This document shows positions 8,454 to 18,025 of a DNA stretch of 64,000 bases, piece after piece. Under the pieces are notes generated by a model that was not told the DNA's origin, did not search any database, and worked only from the letters and a program-made list of their open reading frames with translations. The stretch comes from Candidatus Omnitrophota bacterium (GTDB lineage: Bacteria > Omnitrophota > Gorgyraeia > JAHJTE01). Position 1 is the first letter of the stretch; every line of letters begins with the position of its first letter. Where the stretch lies: the NCBI GenBank assembly GCA_018830005.1, contig JAHJTE010000001.1, positions 65,332 to 129,331 of the forward strand. The letters run 5' to 3'. A program made the translations under genes and the position numbers.

Positions 8454-10028
8454 ATGGCGACCCTTATCCTTAAACAGATGAATAGAAAAGGCATTGTTTT
8501 AATTACATCTTATATGGTTATAGTTGTCTTGTTAATTCTAGCGGCAACAATAGTGCAACGTGCCTTGAGTGAATTTAATTTAGCCCGGAGAAATAAAATT
8601 ACTACAGAAGGCCTTTATCTTGCTGAAGGGGCAATAGAGGAGGCTGCCTATACACTCGCTTACAATGTAGCAAATTACCTGCCTGTACCTGATACGTTCA
8701 CTGATACTGTGAGTCTGTCTTCGGATTTTAATCTGAGTTATAGCTGGACAGCCTTAGATGTAGATCACACTGTTGCGGATTCCTTAGGCATAATTACTAT
8801 TATTCGACACTACCAAATAATTGCTGTGGCTACCGATATCAATTATGGAATTTCAAGCATTGTCAACCAAATTGTTGCCCGTAAAAAAACATACACATTT
8901 CAGCATGCAGTATTTTATAATTATGATTTGGAGATGCTGCCAGGTCCGGACATGACTCTGTCTGGAAAAGTACATTCAAACGAAGATATCTACATTGGTA
9001 CACATAATACGTTCACCATTGATTCGGAGTATCTCTACAGCGCCGGCAATATTTACAATGGACGCAAAGATAGCGCATTGAGCATGGATGGCGGTGTGAG
9101 CATTAAGAAAAGCGGCACAAGTGATTACTACTTTATGAAAGAAGCAGGAGACATAGATCCTTTGGATTCTGATCGTAGTGACTGGACAGATGAATCTCAG
9201 AATCGTTGGAACGGAACAGTAAAAAGCGGCGTTCATGGAGTGACCTCTTTAGCCGCTCCTGAAGTCGGCTCTATAGAACCTGATAGTTACTATGCAGATA
9301 ATGCTGACTTGAAGATAGTAAATACTAATGCCTATGATTCATCAGGCACTCCTGTTGTCTTGCCAGCTGGGACAATCAGCGAAAGTAATTTTTATAATCA
9401 ACGTGAAGCAACCTGGGTTACAGTAACTAATATCGATATGAATTTGCTTAATAGCTCAGGATTTTTTCCTTCCAATGGCCTTCTTTATATTACTCGAACT
9501 GATGCTAGCAGTTCCTCTCCAAATGGAGCCCGTCTTAATAACGCTAGCGAGCTTAATTCAGACTTAACCGTTGTTTCTAATGACCCGGTGTATGTTCAAG
9601 GTGATTATAATAATACCAATAAGAAACCAGCTGCAGTAATCTGTGATTCTTTGAATCTTTTATCTAATAACTGGGACGATGCCAATAGCAGTTTTAACTT
9701 AAGCAGCAGAGTTGCCACGAATACTACTATGAACGCGGCCTTTATTGCCGGGATTGATGAGACGAGCGTCGGCAATTATAATGGCGGCCTAGAAAATTAT
9801 CCCAGACTTCTTGAGACGTGGAGCAATAAGACGCTAAGTATTCGAGGTTCATTCGTCGGGCTATGGAACAGTCAGATTGCTCAAGGTGCCTGGCAATATG
9901 GCAGCCCCCAGTATGAAGCCCCCAGAAGAGATTGGGATTACGACACAGACTTTAATGACAGCACAAAGCTTCCGCCTTTTACGCCCTTTGCTGTTGAGAC
10001 AGAAAGGGTTGCTTGGTGGAAAGGTTAA
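8454..10028 (+). CDS. Large PilX/GspK-like minor pilin with extended C-terminal domain
   Basis: RKG|IVLIT without E5, YLAEGAIE PilX motif, ~400-aa Asn/Asp/Ser-rich C-terminal region. Confidence 0.8.
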   Translation: MATLILKQMNRKGIVLITSYMVIVVLLILAATIVQRALSEFNLARRNKITTEGLYLAEGAIEEAAYTLAYNVANYLPVPDTFTDTVSLSSDFNLSYSWTALDVDHTVADSLGIITIIRHYQIIAVATDINYGISSIVNQIVARKKTYTFQHAVFYNYDLEMLPGPDMTLSGKVHSNEDIYIGTHNTFTIDSEYLYSAGNIYNGRKDSALSMDGGVSIKKSGTSDYYFMKEAGDIDPLDSDRSDWTDESQNRWNGTVKSGVHGVTSLAAPEVGSIEPDSYYADNADLKIVNTNAYDSSGTPVVLPAGTISESNFYNQREATWVTVTNIDMNLLNSSGFFPSNGLLYITRTDASSSSPNGARLNNASELNSDLTVVSNDPVYVQGDYNNTNKKPAAVICDSLNLLSNNWDDANSSFNLSSRVATNTTMNAAFIAGIDETSVGNYNGGLENYPRLLETWSNKTLSIRGSFVGLWNSQIAQGAWQYGSPQYEAPRRDWDYDTDFNDSTKLPPFTPFAVETERVAWWKG

Positions 10029-10089
10029 GTATAACCCGCCCTTCCAAAGTACTAATCGCTAATAACCAATTACTAAATGGAGAGTTCCT

Positions 10090-10410
10090 ATGGTAAGTTT
10101 TAATGATTTCAAGAAATTAGAATTGAAAATTGCCAAGATCGTCGATGCCTCAGATCATCCTGACGCAGATAAGTTGTATGTCTTAAAGGTTAATTTAGGA
10201 GATAAAGAGAAGCAGCTTGTTGCTGGCATACGCAACTTTTACAAAACTGAGGAGTTAATCGGAAGACAAATCGTAGTTGTAGATAATCTTGAAGCAGCAA
10301 CAATAAGAGGCGTAAAATCAGAGGGAATGCTTCTTGCGGCCAGAGATGCTGAAGGCATCAGCTTACTTATGCCAGAAAGAGAAATGCAACTGGGAAGTAG
10401 TGTGATGTGA
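10090..10410 (+). CDS. Stand-alone tRNA-binding OB-fold protein (Trbp111/CsaA/MetG C-terminal type)
   Basis: F.DF.KLEL, HPDADKL, NLE...IRGVKSEGMLLA. Confidence 0.88.
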   Translation: MVSFNDFKKLELKIAKIVDASDHPDADKLYVLKVNLGDKEKQLVAGIRNFYKTEELIGRQIVVVDNLEAATIRGVKSEGMLLAARDAEGISLLMPEREMQLGSSVM

Positions 10411-10832
10411 AGATGAAAGTAGAAACCAAATTTTTAAAACTTAAAACATCCGGCAACACAGATATAATTGATATTACAAGCGAGATACAGCACTTTCTTT
10501 CAGAAAGTGGCCTAGAAGAGGGCACAGTTACTGTCAGCGCTATTGGTTCTACGGCTTCGGTGACAACCTGTGAGTTTGAACCAGGATTAGTAAAGGACCT
10601 TAAGGCATTATTCGAGGAGTTGATACCTGCCAATCGTCATTATTGCCACGATGAGGCCTGGCATGATGGTAATGGTCATTCGCATCTGCGTGCAAGCTTA
10701 GTAGGCCCGAGTAAGACATTCATCTTTTCAGACGGCAAGCTCTGTCTAGGCACATGGCAGCAGATTATCTTTATTGATTTTGATGCAAGGCCACGTCAGA
10801 GAAAGATTGTCTTTCAGTTTAGCGGTAGGTGA
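10407..10832 (+). CDS. YjbQ (UPF0047) family protein, copy 1
   Basis: GNGHSHLRASL, LGTWQQI.F.DFD.RPR.R. Confidence 0.88.
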   Translation: MKMKVETKFLKLKTSGNTDIIDITSEIQHFLSESGLEEGTVTVSAIGSTASVTTCEFEPGLVKDLKALFEELIPANRHYCHDEAWHDGNGHSHLRASLVGPSKTFIFSDGKLCLGTWQQIIFIDFDARPRQRKIVFQFSGR

Positions 10833-10853
10833 GTTTTTTATAAGAGAAATTCA

Positions 10854-11675
10854 ATGAATGATTTAAAGGATAAGGAATTAGTAATCTTTGATTTAGAAAC
10901 AACTGGTTTGAATCCTCAAGAAGGAGATCGTATCTGCGAAATCGCAGGCATAAAGTATAAAGATGATAGTGTGATTGACACCTTCCATTCTTTGATTGAT
11001 CCTCAAAGGCCGATATCCCCTGCTGCCTATGCGATAAACCGTATTGATAAGGAGATGTTAAAGGATGCTCCTAAAAATATTGATGTCTTGCCGCATTTTG
11101 CAAAGTTTATCTCAGGGACATATCTGGCTGCCTACAATATAAGGTTTGATTTGAATTTTCTGACAAATGAATTGAAGACCATGGGCAAGACTATTGGAGA
11201 GGATATTTTGTTTTTTGATATTCTTGCTCTTGCCCGGCGTACTTTATTACAGCTACCAAGCTATTCTTTAGCTAATGTTGCAAATAGTCTTGATCTGAAG
11301 TATCTCAAGCTTCACCGCGCCCTGAATGATGTCCGTTTGAGCTGGAATGTCTTAAGCTCACTGCTTGATATATTAAAAGGAAGAGGTATTAAGAATTTTT
11401 CCGAAGTCTATACGCTTTGCGGATTTAATCCGGATTTATTGAGCCAGGCCAACGAGCAAAAGATCGCATTCATCTTAAGGGCGATTGATTTTCGTTTTAA
11501 TCTCGCCATTCGCTATTTTTCCAAATCCTCAGCACAGGTCACTGAAAGAAATATTACCCCTAAAGAGATTTATGAAGAACATGGTAAGAAATATCTAATA
11601 GGATATTGCCATCTGCGCAATGATGAGAGAAATTTTGCTATTGATTCCATACTTCATTTGGACGTTAAGACCTAA
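10854..11675 (+). CDS. DEDDh (DnaQ-like) 3'-5' exonuclease fused to C-terminal WYL domain
   Basis: ExoI FDLETTG, ExoII YNIRFD, ExoIII HRALND; C-terminal ER.ITP...YLIGYCHLR.DERNFAIDSI. Confidence 0.85.
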   Translation: MNDLKDKELVIFDLETTGLNPQEGDRICEIAGIKYKDDSVIDTFHSLIDPQRPISPAAYAINRIDKEMLKDAPKNIDVLPHFAKFISGTYLAAYNIRFDLNFLTNELKTMGKTIGEDILFFDILALARRTLLQLPSYSLANVANSLDLKYLKLHRALNDVRLSWNVLSSLLDILKGRGIKNFSEVYTLCGFNPDLLSQANEQKIAFILRAIDFRFNLAIRYFSKSSAQVTERNITPKEIYEEHGKKYLIGYCHLRNDERNFAIDSILHLDVKT

Positions 11676-11706
11676 CTCGGTATTTCTTGAGCATATATTA
11701 TTGAAA

Positions 11707-14529
11707 ATGAAGATAGATATCCGCCATTCTCTTAAAATCCTTATAATAACACTTATTTATTTTACGCTAGGTCTTTTTGTCCTTCATCCAGCAAGGGCAG
11801 ATGGCTATCCGCATTATGATATACAAGCACGCCTTGATATAGAAAAGCACTCTATTTCTGCGCATGAAGTGGTTACATTTACAAATAACTACGAAAAAGG
11901 AATAACGGAGCTTTATTTTCACATTTATCCTAACAAAAAATTTAACAAAAAAGAAAAAGAATTTATTTATCAGTTTGCGGGATATTTTAAGGCCAATCTT
12001 TTTCCCGATGGTTTTCAGGAAAGCGTTTTAAATATCCATAATATAGTGCTAAATCAAAGGAGATTAGATTTTTCTATAGAAGATCCAGATGCGACAATCC
12101 TGAGAGTAAAATTACCCTTTAGCCTTAAAAAGGGTGAAAGCGTAAAGCTGGAAATAGATTTTGACGTTACTATCCCGCATGCCTATGGCAGATTCGGCTG
12201 GCATAAAGATATAATCTCTTTACACCGTTGGTATCCTCTGCTTTCGGTGTTGGATGATGAAGGCTGGCATAATTATCCATTTTATCTTTTCCACCAGCCC
12301 TATTTTTCAGACGCAAGCACATATAAGATTGATCTAACCTTACCTCAAGATTTAGTTATTGTCCACAGCGGCGTATTGACATCTAGAAAGACACTCGATG
12401 GCGGCCTTAAGGAAATCAGCTTAGAGACGCAAAGACCAACAAGAGATTTTTCACTTGCCTTAAGCCCAAGCTATAAAGTAATTACGAAAAGATGCGGCAA
12501 TATTCTGGTTAAATCCTTTTATCTTCAAGGTGATGAGTTTTATGCTGAGCAAGCTGCAAATTTTGCCTGCGATTCTATAAATTATTACTCAAAACATTAC
12601 GGAGAATATCCTTACAGCGAATTTAGCATTGCACCTGTATATCTTGCTTGTGGAGGACATGAGACTTCAAATATGATTTTTATCGACACGCGTGTCTATA
12701 GATTGCCGAAGTTTCTTATAAGATATTTTGACTTTTTGATTTCGCATGAGACTGGCCACCAATGGTGGTTTAATGTAGTCGGCTCTGATGAGTATCGCCA
12801 GACCTGGCTTGATGAGGGCCTGAATTCTTATTGTTTACTTTCTTATTTGGAGTCAAAATATGGCGATAAGGCAGAGGTGCTTGAGTTGCCGAGATTCCTT
12901 GACTGGCTTATACCTAATTTTACTTTTAGGGATTCCTCGATTTTCAGATATATTTATATGGCAAAAAATGGTATTGCCAGACCAATCTTGGGCACTTTGT
13001 CCAGCTTCAAAGAACCCTCAAGCATTTTTGCTTTAGCCTATGGCAAGGGTGCTCAAGTTTTTTCTATGCTCAGATACCTTTTAGGCGATGAGGCATTTTC
13101 GCGTGTACTGTCCAGATACTACAGTGAATTTAAGTTCAAAAATGCAAGCGTAGAGGACTTTAAAAAGATTGCACAAGATTTCACTGATAAGGATCTAGAT
13201 GTATTTTTCAAGCAATGGCTAGAGACAGACAATGTTTGCGACTATGCAATTGCTAAGGTAGAAGGAAATCGGCTTATAATTGAAGATAAAGGAGCAATCT
13301 CCATGCCGCTTGAAGTTAAGGTAGGGTTGGAGAATAATAGAATAATCAGAAGAAAATTAGAGTTTAAAGATAAGAGAGAAGAGATAATATTTGATGCGGA
13401 TATTAAGTCAGTACAGCTTGATCCTGAGAATCGCATCTTAGAAATAGACAAGACAAATAATAGCTACCCTACTAAAGTAAAGGCAAAATTTGTTCCTTTG
13501 TATTTCTTTGCCTATGAGATCCCATTGTTTTTAGATAGAGGTGCCCTTAATATAATAACTGGCCCTTCTTTAGCATCCAATGGCCTAGGTCTAAAGTCCT
13601 CCTTGCAGAAACCCGATGATCTTGTGTTTTCGGTTTCTGGTAATTTCAATTTTGATGACGAGAGCCTAAATACGGGGGTCGATATCATAAAGGAACATAT
13701 AGCTGGCAGGCAACGAAGTCTAGGATTTAGCTTTTTTAATGAGGATTATCACGACGATGATGTAGAAGATTTACGCGGCGGAAAGATATTTTTGCGGCAG
13801 CAACTGTGGCCTGCAGCCTATGGTATGATTGATAATAACGACCACTTGACTTTATATTTACTTCGCAACCAACAATGGAAAGGCTCGCCTGGTTCCGCTG
13901 AGAGGATAGATAATCTGTATTATCGTAAATATGAAGAGGCTATATTTGGTAGCACGATTCATATTGCTCGGCGTGGTCCCTATCCTGATTTCTCGCGCGG
14001 ATTTTCTTTTGATAGCACTGTTGAATCAGCAGGGCATTTTTTAGGTGGCGAGGAATCATTTTGGCGCCTATTGCAGGAATTCGCGGTTTACAAACCTATA
14101 AACAAAAAAGATGTGATTGCAGCGCGGATTAAATTCGGCTGGGGAGGCTCAGCTGATAAAAGACTGTTTCAGTTAGGTGGATTTGATGGCCTGAGAGGAT
14201 ATCAGAATAAGAGCATTGAAGGAAGTCGATGTCTTCTCTTGAGTCTTGAATACCGCTTATTTATAATCGAGGATTTAGGTATTGCTTTGTTCGATAATAT
14301 TATTAATATAGATGATATTCAACTTGTCAGCTTCTTTGATGTTGGTAAGGCCTGGAGTGGTAATTATCGCAGCAAGGATTTTAAGAAGGATGCAGGGCTT
14401 GGTTTGCGTTTTCATGTGGATATCGCATCACTTTTTGAGCGTTTAATTTTGCGTTTGGACGTGGCAGAGGCAATTAATGACCCTGATCAGGACAGACGCG
14501 TTTGGCTGGGTATAAGCCATACATTCTAA
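11707..14529 (+). CDS. Secreted M1-family aminopeptidase fused to an Omp85/BamA-TamA-type beta-barrel
   Basis: Signal peptide ending PARA; HETGH-x18-E (WLDEG), AYGKG; C-terminal LGGFDGLRGY, FFDVGKAW, GLGLRF, terminal F. Start 11707 preferred over track start 11620. Confidence 0.8.
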   Translation: MKIDIRHSLKILIITLIYFTLGLFVLHPARADGYPHYDIQARLDIEKHSISAHEVVTFTNNYEKGITELYFHIYPNKKFNKKEKEFIYQFAGYFKANLFPDGFQESVLNIHNIVLNQRRLDFSIEDPDATILRVKLPFSLKKGESVKLEIDFDVTIPHAYGRFGWHKDIISLHRWYPLLSVLDDEGWHNYPFYLFHQPYFSDASTYKIDLTLPQDLVIVHSGVLTSRKTLDGGLKEISLETQRPTRDFSLALSPSYKVITKRCGNILVKSFYLQGDEFYAEQAANFACDSINYYSKHYGEYPYSEFSIAPVYLACGGHETSNMIFIDTRVYRLPKFLIRYFDFLISHETGHQWWFNVVGSDEYRQTWLDEGLNSYCLLSYLESKYGDKAEVLELPRFLDWLIPNFTFRDSSIFRYIYMAKNGIARPILGTLSSFKEPSSIFALAYGKGAQVFSMLRYLLGDEAFSRVLSRYYSEFKFKNASVEDFKKIAQDFTDKDLDVFFKQWLETDNVCDYAIAKVEGNRLIIEDKGAISMPLEVKVGLENNRIIRRKLEFKDKREEIIFDADIKSVQLDPENRILEIDKTNNSYPTKVKAKFVPLYFFAYEIPLFLDRGALNIITGPSLASNGLGLKSSLQKPDDLVFSVSGNFNFDDESLNTGVDIIKEHIAGRQRSLGFSFFNEDYHDDDVEDLRGGKIFLRQQLWPAAYGMIDNNDHLTLYLLRNQQWKGSPGSAERIDNLYYRKYEEAIFGSTIHIARRGPYPDFSRGFSFDSTVESAGHFLGGEESFWRLLQEFAVYKPINKKDVIAARIKFGWGGSADKRLFQLGGFDGLRGYQNKSIEGSRCLLLSLEYRLFIIEDLGIALFDNIINIDDIQLVSFFDVGKAWSGNYRSKDFKKDAGLGLRFHVDIASLFERLILRLDVAEAINDPDQDRRVWLGISHTF

Positions 14530-14577
14530 AAGTAGTCATTGCGCTTAGCAGATGGTAAGCTTTCAGAGTAAGAGAAT

Positions 14578-15687
14578 ATGATAAATAAGAATCGCCTTAT
14601 TAAATTAACAAAGGATTTGATATCCATAAATTCTGAGAATCCTCCGGGTCAGGAGGCGAAGGTTGCGCAATATGTCAAGGAATTGATGCTTAGGATGAAG
14701 GGCCCGATTGTCAGGACCTATGCCTTTTCAAAAGGAAGGCCAAATGTAATTGGGATATTGAAAGGAAAAGGCTCTAAAGGCTCCCTCCTATTGAGCCCGC
14801 ATATGGATACAGTGCCTGCTGGCAAAAATTGGAAACGCGATCCCTTCAAGCCGAAGATTTCAGAAGGCAGGCTTTTTGGCAGGGGTGCGACTGATTGTAA
14901 AGGAAATTTGGCAGTATCACTTGAGATTATGCAAAGTTTATCAGAAGAAAAAATAGTTTTAAACAGAGACGTAATTATCGCTGCTACGGTTGATGAAGAG
15001 ACCGGAAGCCATGAAGGAATGATTAAGTTGCTGGAGAGGAAGATCTTAAAACCTCACTTTGCCATGATTTTAGATAGTGATGATTTTAAAGTAATTATTG
15101 CCCAGAAAGGACTTATTCATTTTAAGGTGAAGATATTTGGCAAAAAGGCCCATGGCGCTTATCCCGACAGAGGCGTAAATGCTATCGAGATAGCCTCTAG
15201 GGTAATAGGCGATTTAGGCAATTTAAACTTTCATTTCAGGCGTCATGCTTATCTTAAGGCCCCCACTATAAATATTGGAAAGATTTCAGGCGGAGAAAAA
15301 GTAAATATAGTTGCTGATTATTGTGAATTTGAGGTTGATTTAAGATTTTTGCCAGGAATGAATCCAGCCCAGATCTTAAAACAGATAAAGAAAATTATAA
15401 GTTCCAGAATAAAGAAATTTTCTCTGCATGTAGATTCCCTACAAGTGCCTTATGAAATTTCTAAAAGGCATACCTTCATAAGGGGCATCCTCGAATCTGA
15501 TAAGAGATTCACTTTAAGCGGAAGTGAAGGAGCGACCGTTATAACATTTTTTAAGAGACATAAGATACCAGCTGTTGCAACCGGATTTGGTTCTGGCGGC
15601 TGTGCACATATAGCTGACGAATATGTTAAAGTTAGTAATCTATATCGAGGCGCTCTGGCATTGGAGAAGTTTATTAAAGAGTTTTGA
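14578..15687 (+). CDS. M20 family metallopeptidase/deacylase (ArgE/DapE-like)
   Basis: HMDTV, GRGATDCKG, DEETG, AHIADE. Confidence 0.88.
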   Translation: MINKNRLIKLTKDLISINSENPPGQEAKVAQYVKELMLRMKGPIVRTYAFSKGRPNVIGILKGKGSKGSLLLSPHMDTVPAGKNWKRDPFKPKISEGRLFGRGATDCKGNLAVSLEIMQSLSEEKIVLNRDVIIAATVDEETGSHEGMIKLLERKILKPHFAMILDSDDFKVIIAQKGLIHFKVKIFGKKAHGAYPDRGVNAIEIASRVIGDLGNLNFHFRRHAYLKAPTINIGKISGGEKVNIVADYCEFEVDLRFLPGMNPAQILKQIKKIISSRIKKFSLHVDSLQVPYEISKRHTFIRGILESDKRFTLSGSEGATVITFFKRHKIPAVATGFGSGGCAHIADEYVKVSNLYRGALALEKFIKEF

Positions 15688-15742
15688 TGAGGGAACAATT
15701 TAGGCAGTGCATGGGGGAGCTAAATTGTAGGAGGTGAGAGAT

Positions 15743-16000
15743 ATGACAGAAAATACACAACAGGAACAGCTACCAATTGGTGCTCCGCTAGCTGTGGTCA
15801 AATCTAAGACTATCTCCAAAAAGGCAGGTTGGTGGCAGGCAGTAGTTTTAGTAGATGGCTGGGGTAGAAAGATGATAAATATTTATTTATGGCAGAAGAA
15901 AAAAGAGGGCTGGAAGAGAAAGCAGAAATTTAGTATTCACAATACTAAGAGGTGGGAAGAGATAGCCGAGGCCGTAAATGAATTCTTGCCAGAGCTCTGA
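15743..16000 (+). CDS. Small basic Trp-rich hypothetical protein
   Basis: Strong SD AGGAGGTGA 5 nt before ATG 15743; 85 aa, 6 Trp, Lys-rich. Confidence 0.75.
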   Translation: MTENTQQEQLPIGAPLAVVKSKTISKKAGWWQAVVLVDGWGRKMINIYLWQKKKEGWKRKQKFSIHNTKRWEEIAEAVNEFLPEL

Positions 16001-16024
16001 ATATTAAGTCTTTCTACTGTTTGG

Positions 16025-16053
16025 TTGACGCGGGTTTTGTTTTGTGCTAATGT
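16025..16053 (+). promoter_or_regulatory. Probable sigma70 promoter for the nuclease-PAC2-YunC-HAD genes
   Basis: TTGACG, 17 bp, TAATGT with TG extension. Confidence 0.5.
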
Positions 16054-16145
16054 AGGCTCAAAGACATAAGGATGATCCGAGATTTCCTCTTATCTGTAAT
16101 CAGATGCAGCGTTAAATTAATCTCTATAATCATATTTGAATAATA

Positions 16146-17027
16146 ATGAATACTTATTGGAAGAGGCGGCCTAGCTGGTCAAAATCTCGTCAGGGGATTT
16201 TAGAACAATGCCCCTTTGCCTATTATTATACCTATATAGGTAGGTATGAAAAGACAGAAGAAGGAAAAACAATTACACAATTGCTTAAATTGCAAAAATT
16301 CTATTTTTTCAAAGGGACTTTAATCCACAGCGCTGTTAGAGGCCAGATTACTCAAAAGATATCAAAGAGGCCGATAAGTTTAGAGGCAGCAAAAAATTTT
16401 ATTGATTTAGAATTCAGCAAGATATCTAATGACCAGGCCAAATACATATCCGAGGCGCATAATGGTTTTCCTCTGGAAAGATCTTTTTTAGAAAATGAAA
16501 GGCAAGACGCCCTATCTCAGATTACTACTTTTTTTTCGGTGCTTTGGCCTAGCTATGAATCATTAGAAATTCTCGCTCATGAGCGATTGGAGAATTTTCA
16601 GATTGGGGATGTTAAAGTCTGGGTGCAACCAGACTTAGTTACAAAAAATCTTGCAGGAGAATTGATAATTTCTGACTGGAAGACCGGTAAGGAGGTTTCC
16701 GTATCGGCTGATACTGATTTACAACTTTCCGTTTATATTTTATGGGCCTCTTTGCACTTTGCTGTAAATATCGAAGGAATCGGGGCAGAACTTACTTTTT
16801 TGAAGACAGCACAGAGTTTTCCTACAAGACGCAAGAAAGAACAGATTGACACGCTCAAGGATTATATAATCCAGCAGGCGCGAAAGATGGTTTCTTTCAG
16901 GAAGAAAGAAGACTTTATTCCTAAGCCAAACTTTAATTTATGCAAGGGTTGTAATTTTGCAACTATCTGTCCTGCTGCAGCGATGAAAGAAGCCTCAAGT
17001 GAGGGTATGGCTTACGGAACAAGGTAA
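16146..17027 (+). CDS. PD-(D/E)XK nuclease, RecB/AddB/Cas4-like, with putative Fe-S cysteines
   Basis: QCP at the N-terminus, PDLV...ISDWKTG, QLSVY, C-terminal CKGCNFATIC. Confidence 0.83.
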   Translation: MNTYWKRRPSWSKSRQGILEQCPFAYYYTYIGRYEKTEEGKTITQLLKLQKFYFFKGTLIHSAVRGQITQKISKRPISLEAAKNFIDLEFSKISNDQAKYISEAHNGFPLERSFLENERQDALSQITTFFSVLWPSYESLEILAHERLENFQIGDVKVWVQPDLVTKNLAGELIISDWKTGKEVSVSADTDLQLSVYILWASLHFAVNIEGIGAELTFLKTAQSFPTRRKKEQIDTLKDYIIQQARKMVSFRKKEDFIPKPNFNLCKGCNFATICPAAAMKEASSEGMAYGTR

Positions 17028-17050
17028 CGTAAGGTATTCATAGGTAATTT

Positions 17051-18025
17051 ATGAAGAACATGATTAAATTTACACGAAAGGTTAAACTAAAAAGCCCAAT
17101 TTTTATTGCTGCCTGGCCAGGTATGGGTAATGTTGCTATTAAATGCGCCACGTATTTGAAGGATAGCCTGCATGCTGAGGAATTCGCTATTTTGGATACC
17201 GCAGATTTATTTTATCCTGATGAGGCCTTGGTTAAGGAAGGTATTATCCAGGTTCCCTATTTCCCTAAAGGTAAGTTCTATTATTGGAAGAACAAGCTTG
17301 GTAGAAATGATTTGATTATTTTTATCTCTGAGTCTCAACCCTCCGCAGATAAGGGGTATTTCTATACTCACAAGATAATGGAAGTGGCAGAAAGTTTTCA
17401 GGTTAAAAAGGTGTTTACCTTTGCTGCAATGCCAGCGCCGATTGAGCATACCCAGAAATCAAACGTCTGGTTTGCAGCCACGGATAGAGCATTTTGCCTG
17501 GATTTAAAAAGATTTAAGGCAAAACGTATGGACACAGGTCAGATTAGCGGTCTGAACGGACTTTTGCTTTCGATTGTCAGAGAAAGAGGCCAGCGCGGTG
17601 TTTGTTTATTAGGAGAGGTCCCTCTCTATACAATTCAGATTGACAATCTCAAGGCAAGTTTAGCCATACTGGAAATTTTCACAAAGGTTTTAGGCATTCG
17701 TATAAATCTAGATGAATTAAGAATTCAAGCACAGCTTCAGGAAGAAGAGATGAATAGATTAATAGAATATTTTAGAGGCGGCTCAGAGCATAAAGAAACG
17801 ATAAGTGAGGAAGAGATAGAGCGTATTAAAAAGTCACTACAGTTTTACACTAAATTGCCTAATTCAGTTAAAGAAAGAATTGAGAAACTGTTTGAGGTAG
17901 TAAAGAAAGATATCTCCAAGGCCAACGAACTCAAATGTGAATTGGATAAATGGAGCATCTATAAGGATTATGAAGATAGATTTTTGGATTTGTTCAAAGA
18001 CAGGAAAAGGTCGAGTAATCAGTAA
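17051..18025 (+). CDS. PAC2 (proteasome assembly chaperone) family protein
   Basis: AAWPGMGNVA, GQISGLNGLLL, CLLGE motifs; helical C-terminal extension. Confidence 0.8.
   Translation: MKNMIKFTRKVKLKSPIFIAAWPGMGNVAIKCATYLKDSLHAEEFAILDTADLFYPDEALVKEGIIQVPYFPKGKFYYWKNKLGRNDLIIFISESQPSADKGYFYTHKIMEVAESFQVKKVFTFAAMPAPIEHTQKSNVWFAATDRAFCLDLKRFKAKRMDTGQISGLNGLLLSIVRERGQRGVCLLGEVPLYTIQIDNLKASLAILEIFTKVLGIRINLDELRIQAQLQEEEMNRLIEYFRGGSEHKETISEEEIERIKKSLQFYTKLPNSVKERIEKLFEVVKKDISKANELKCELDKWSIYKDYEDRFLDLFKDRKRSSNQ

Noticed and set aside
10029-10050. Possible att duplication of the tRNA-Asp 3' end after pilin cassette A, or an attC start (GTATAACCCGCCCTTCCA)
   Set aside because: No real identity to the tRNA-Asp 3' end and no matching GTTRRRY arm
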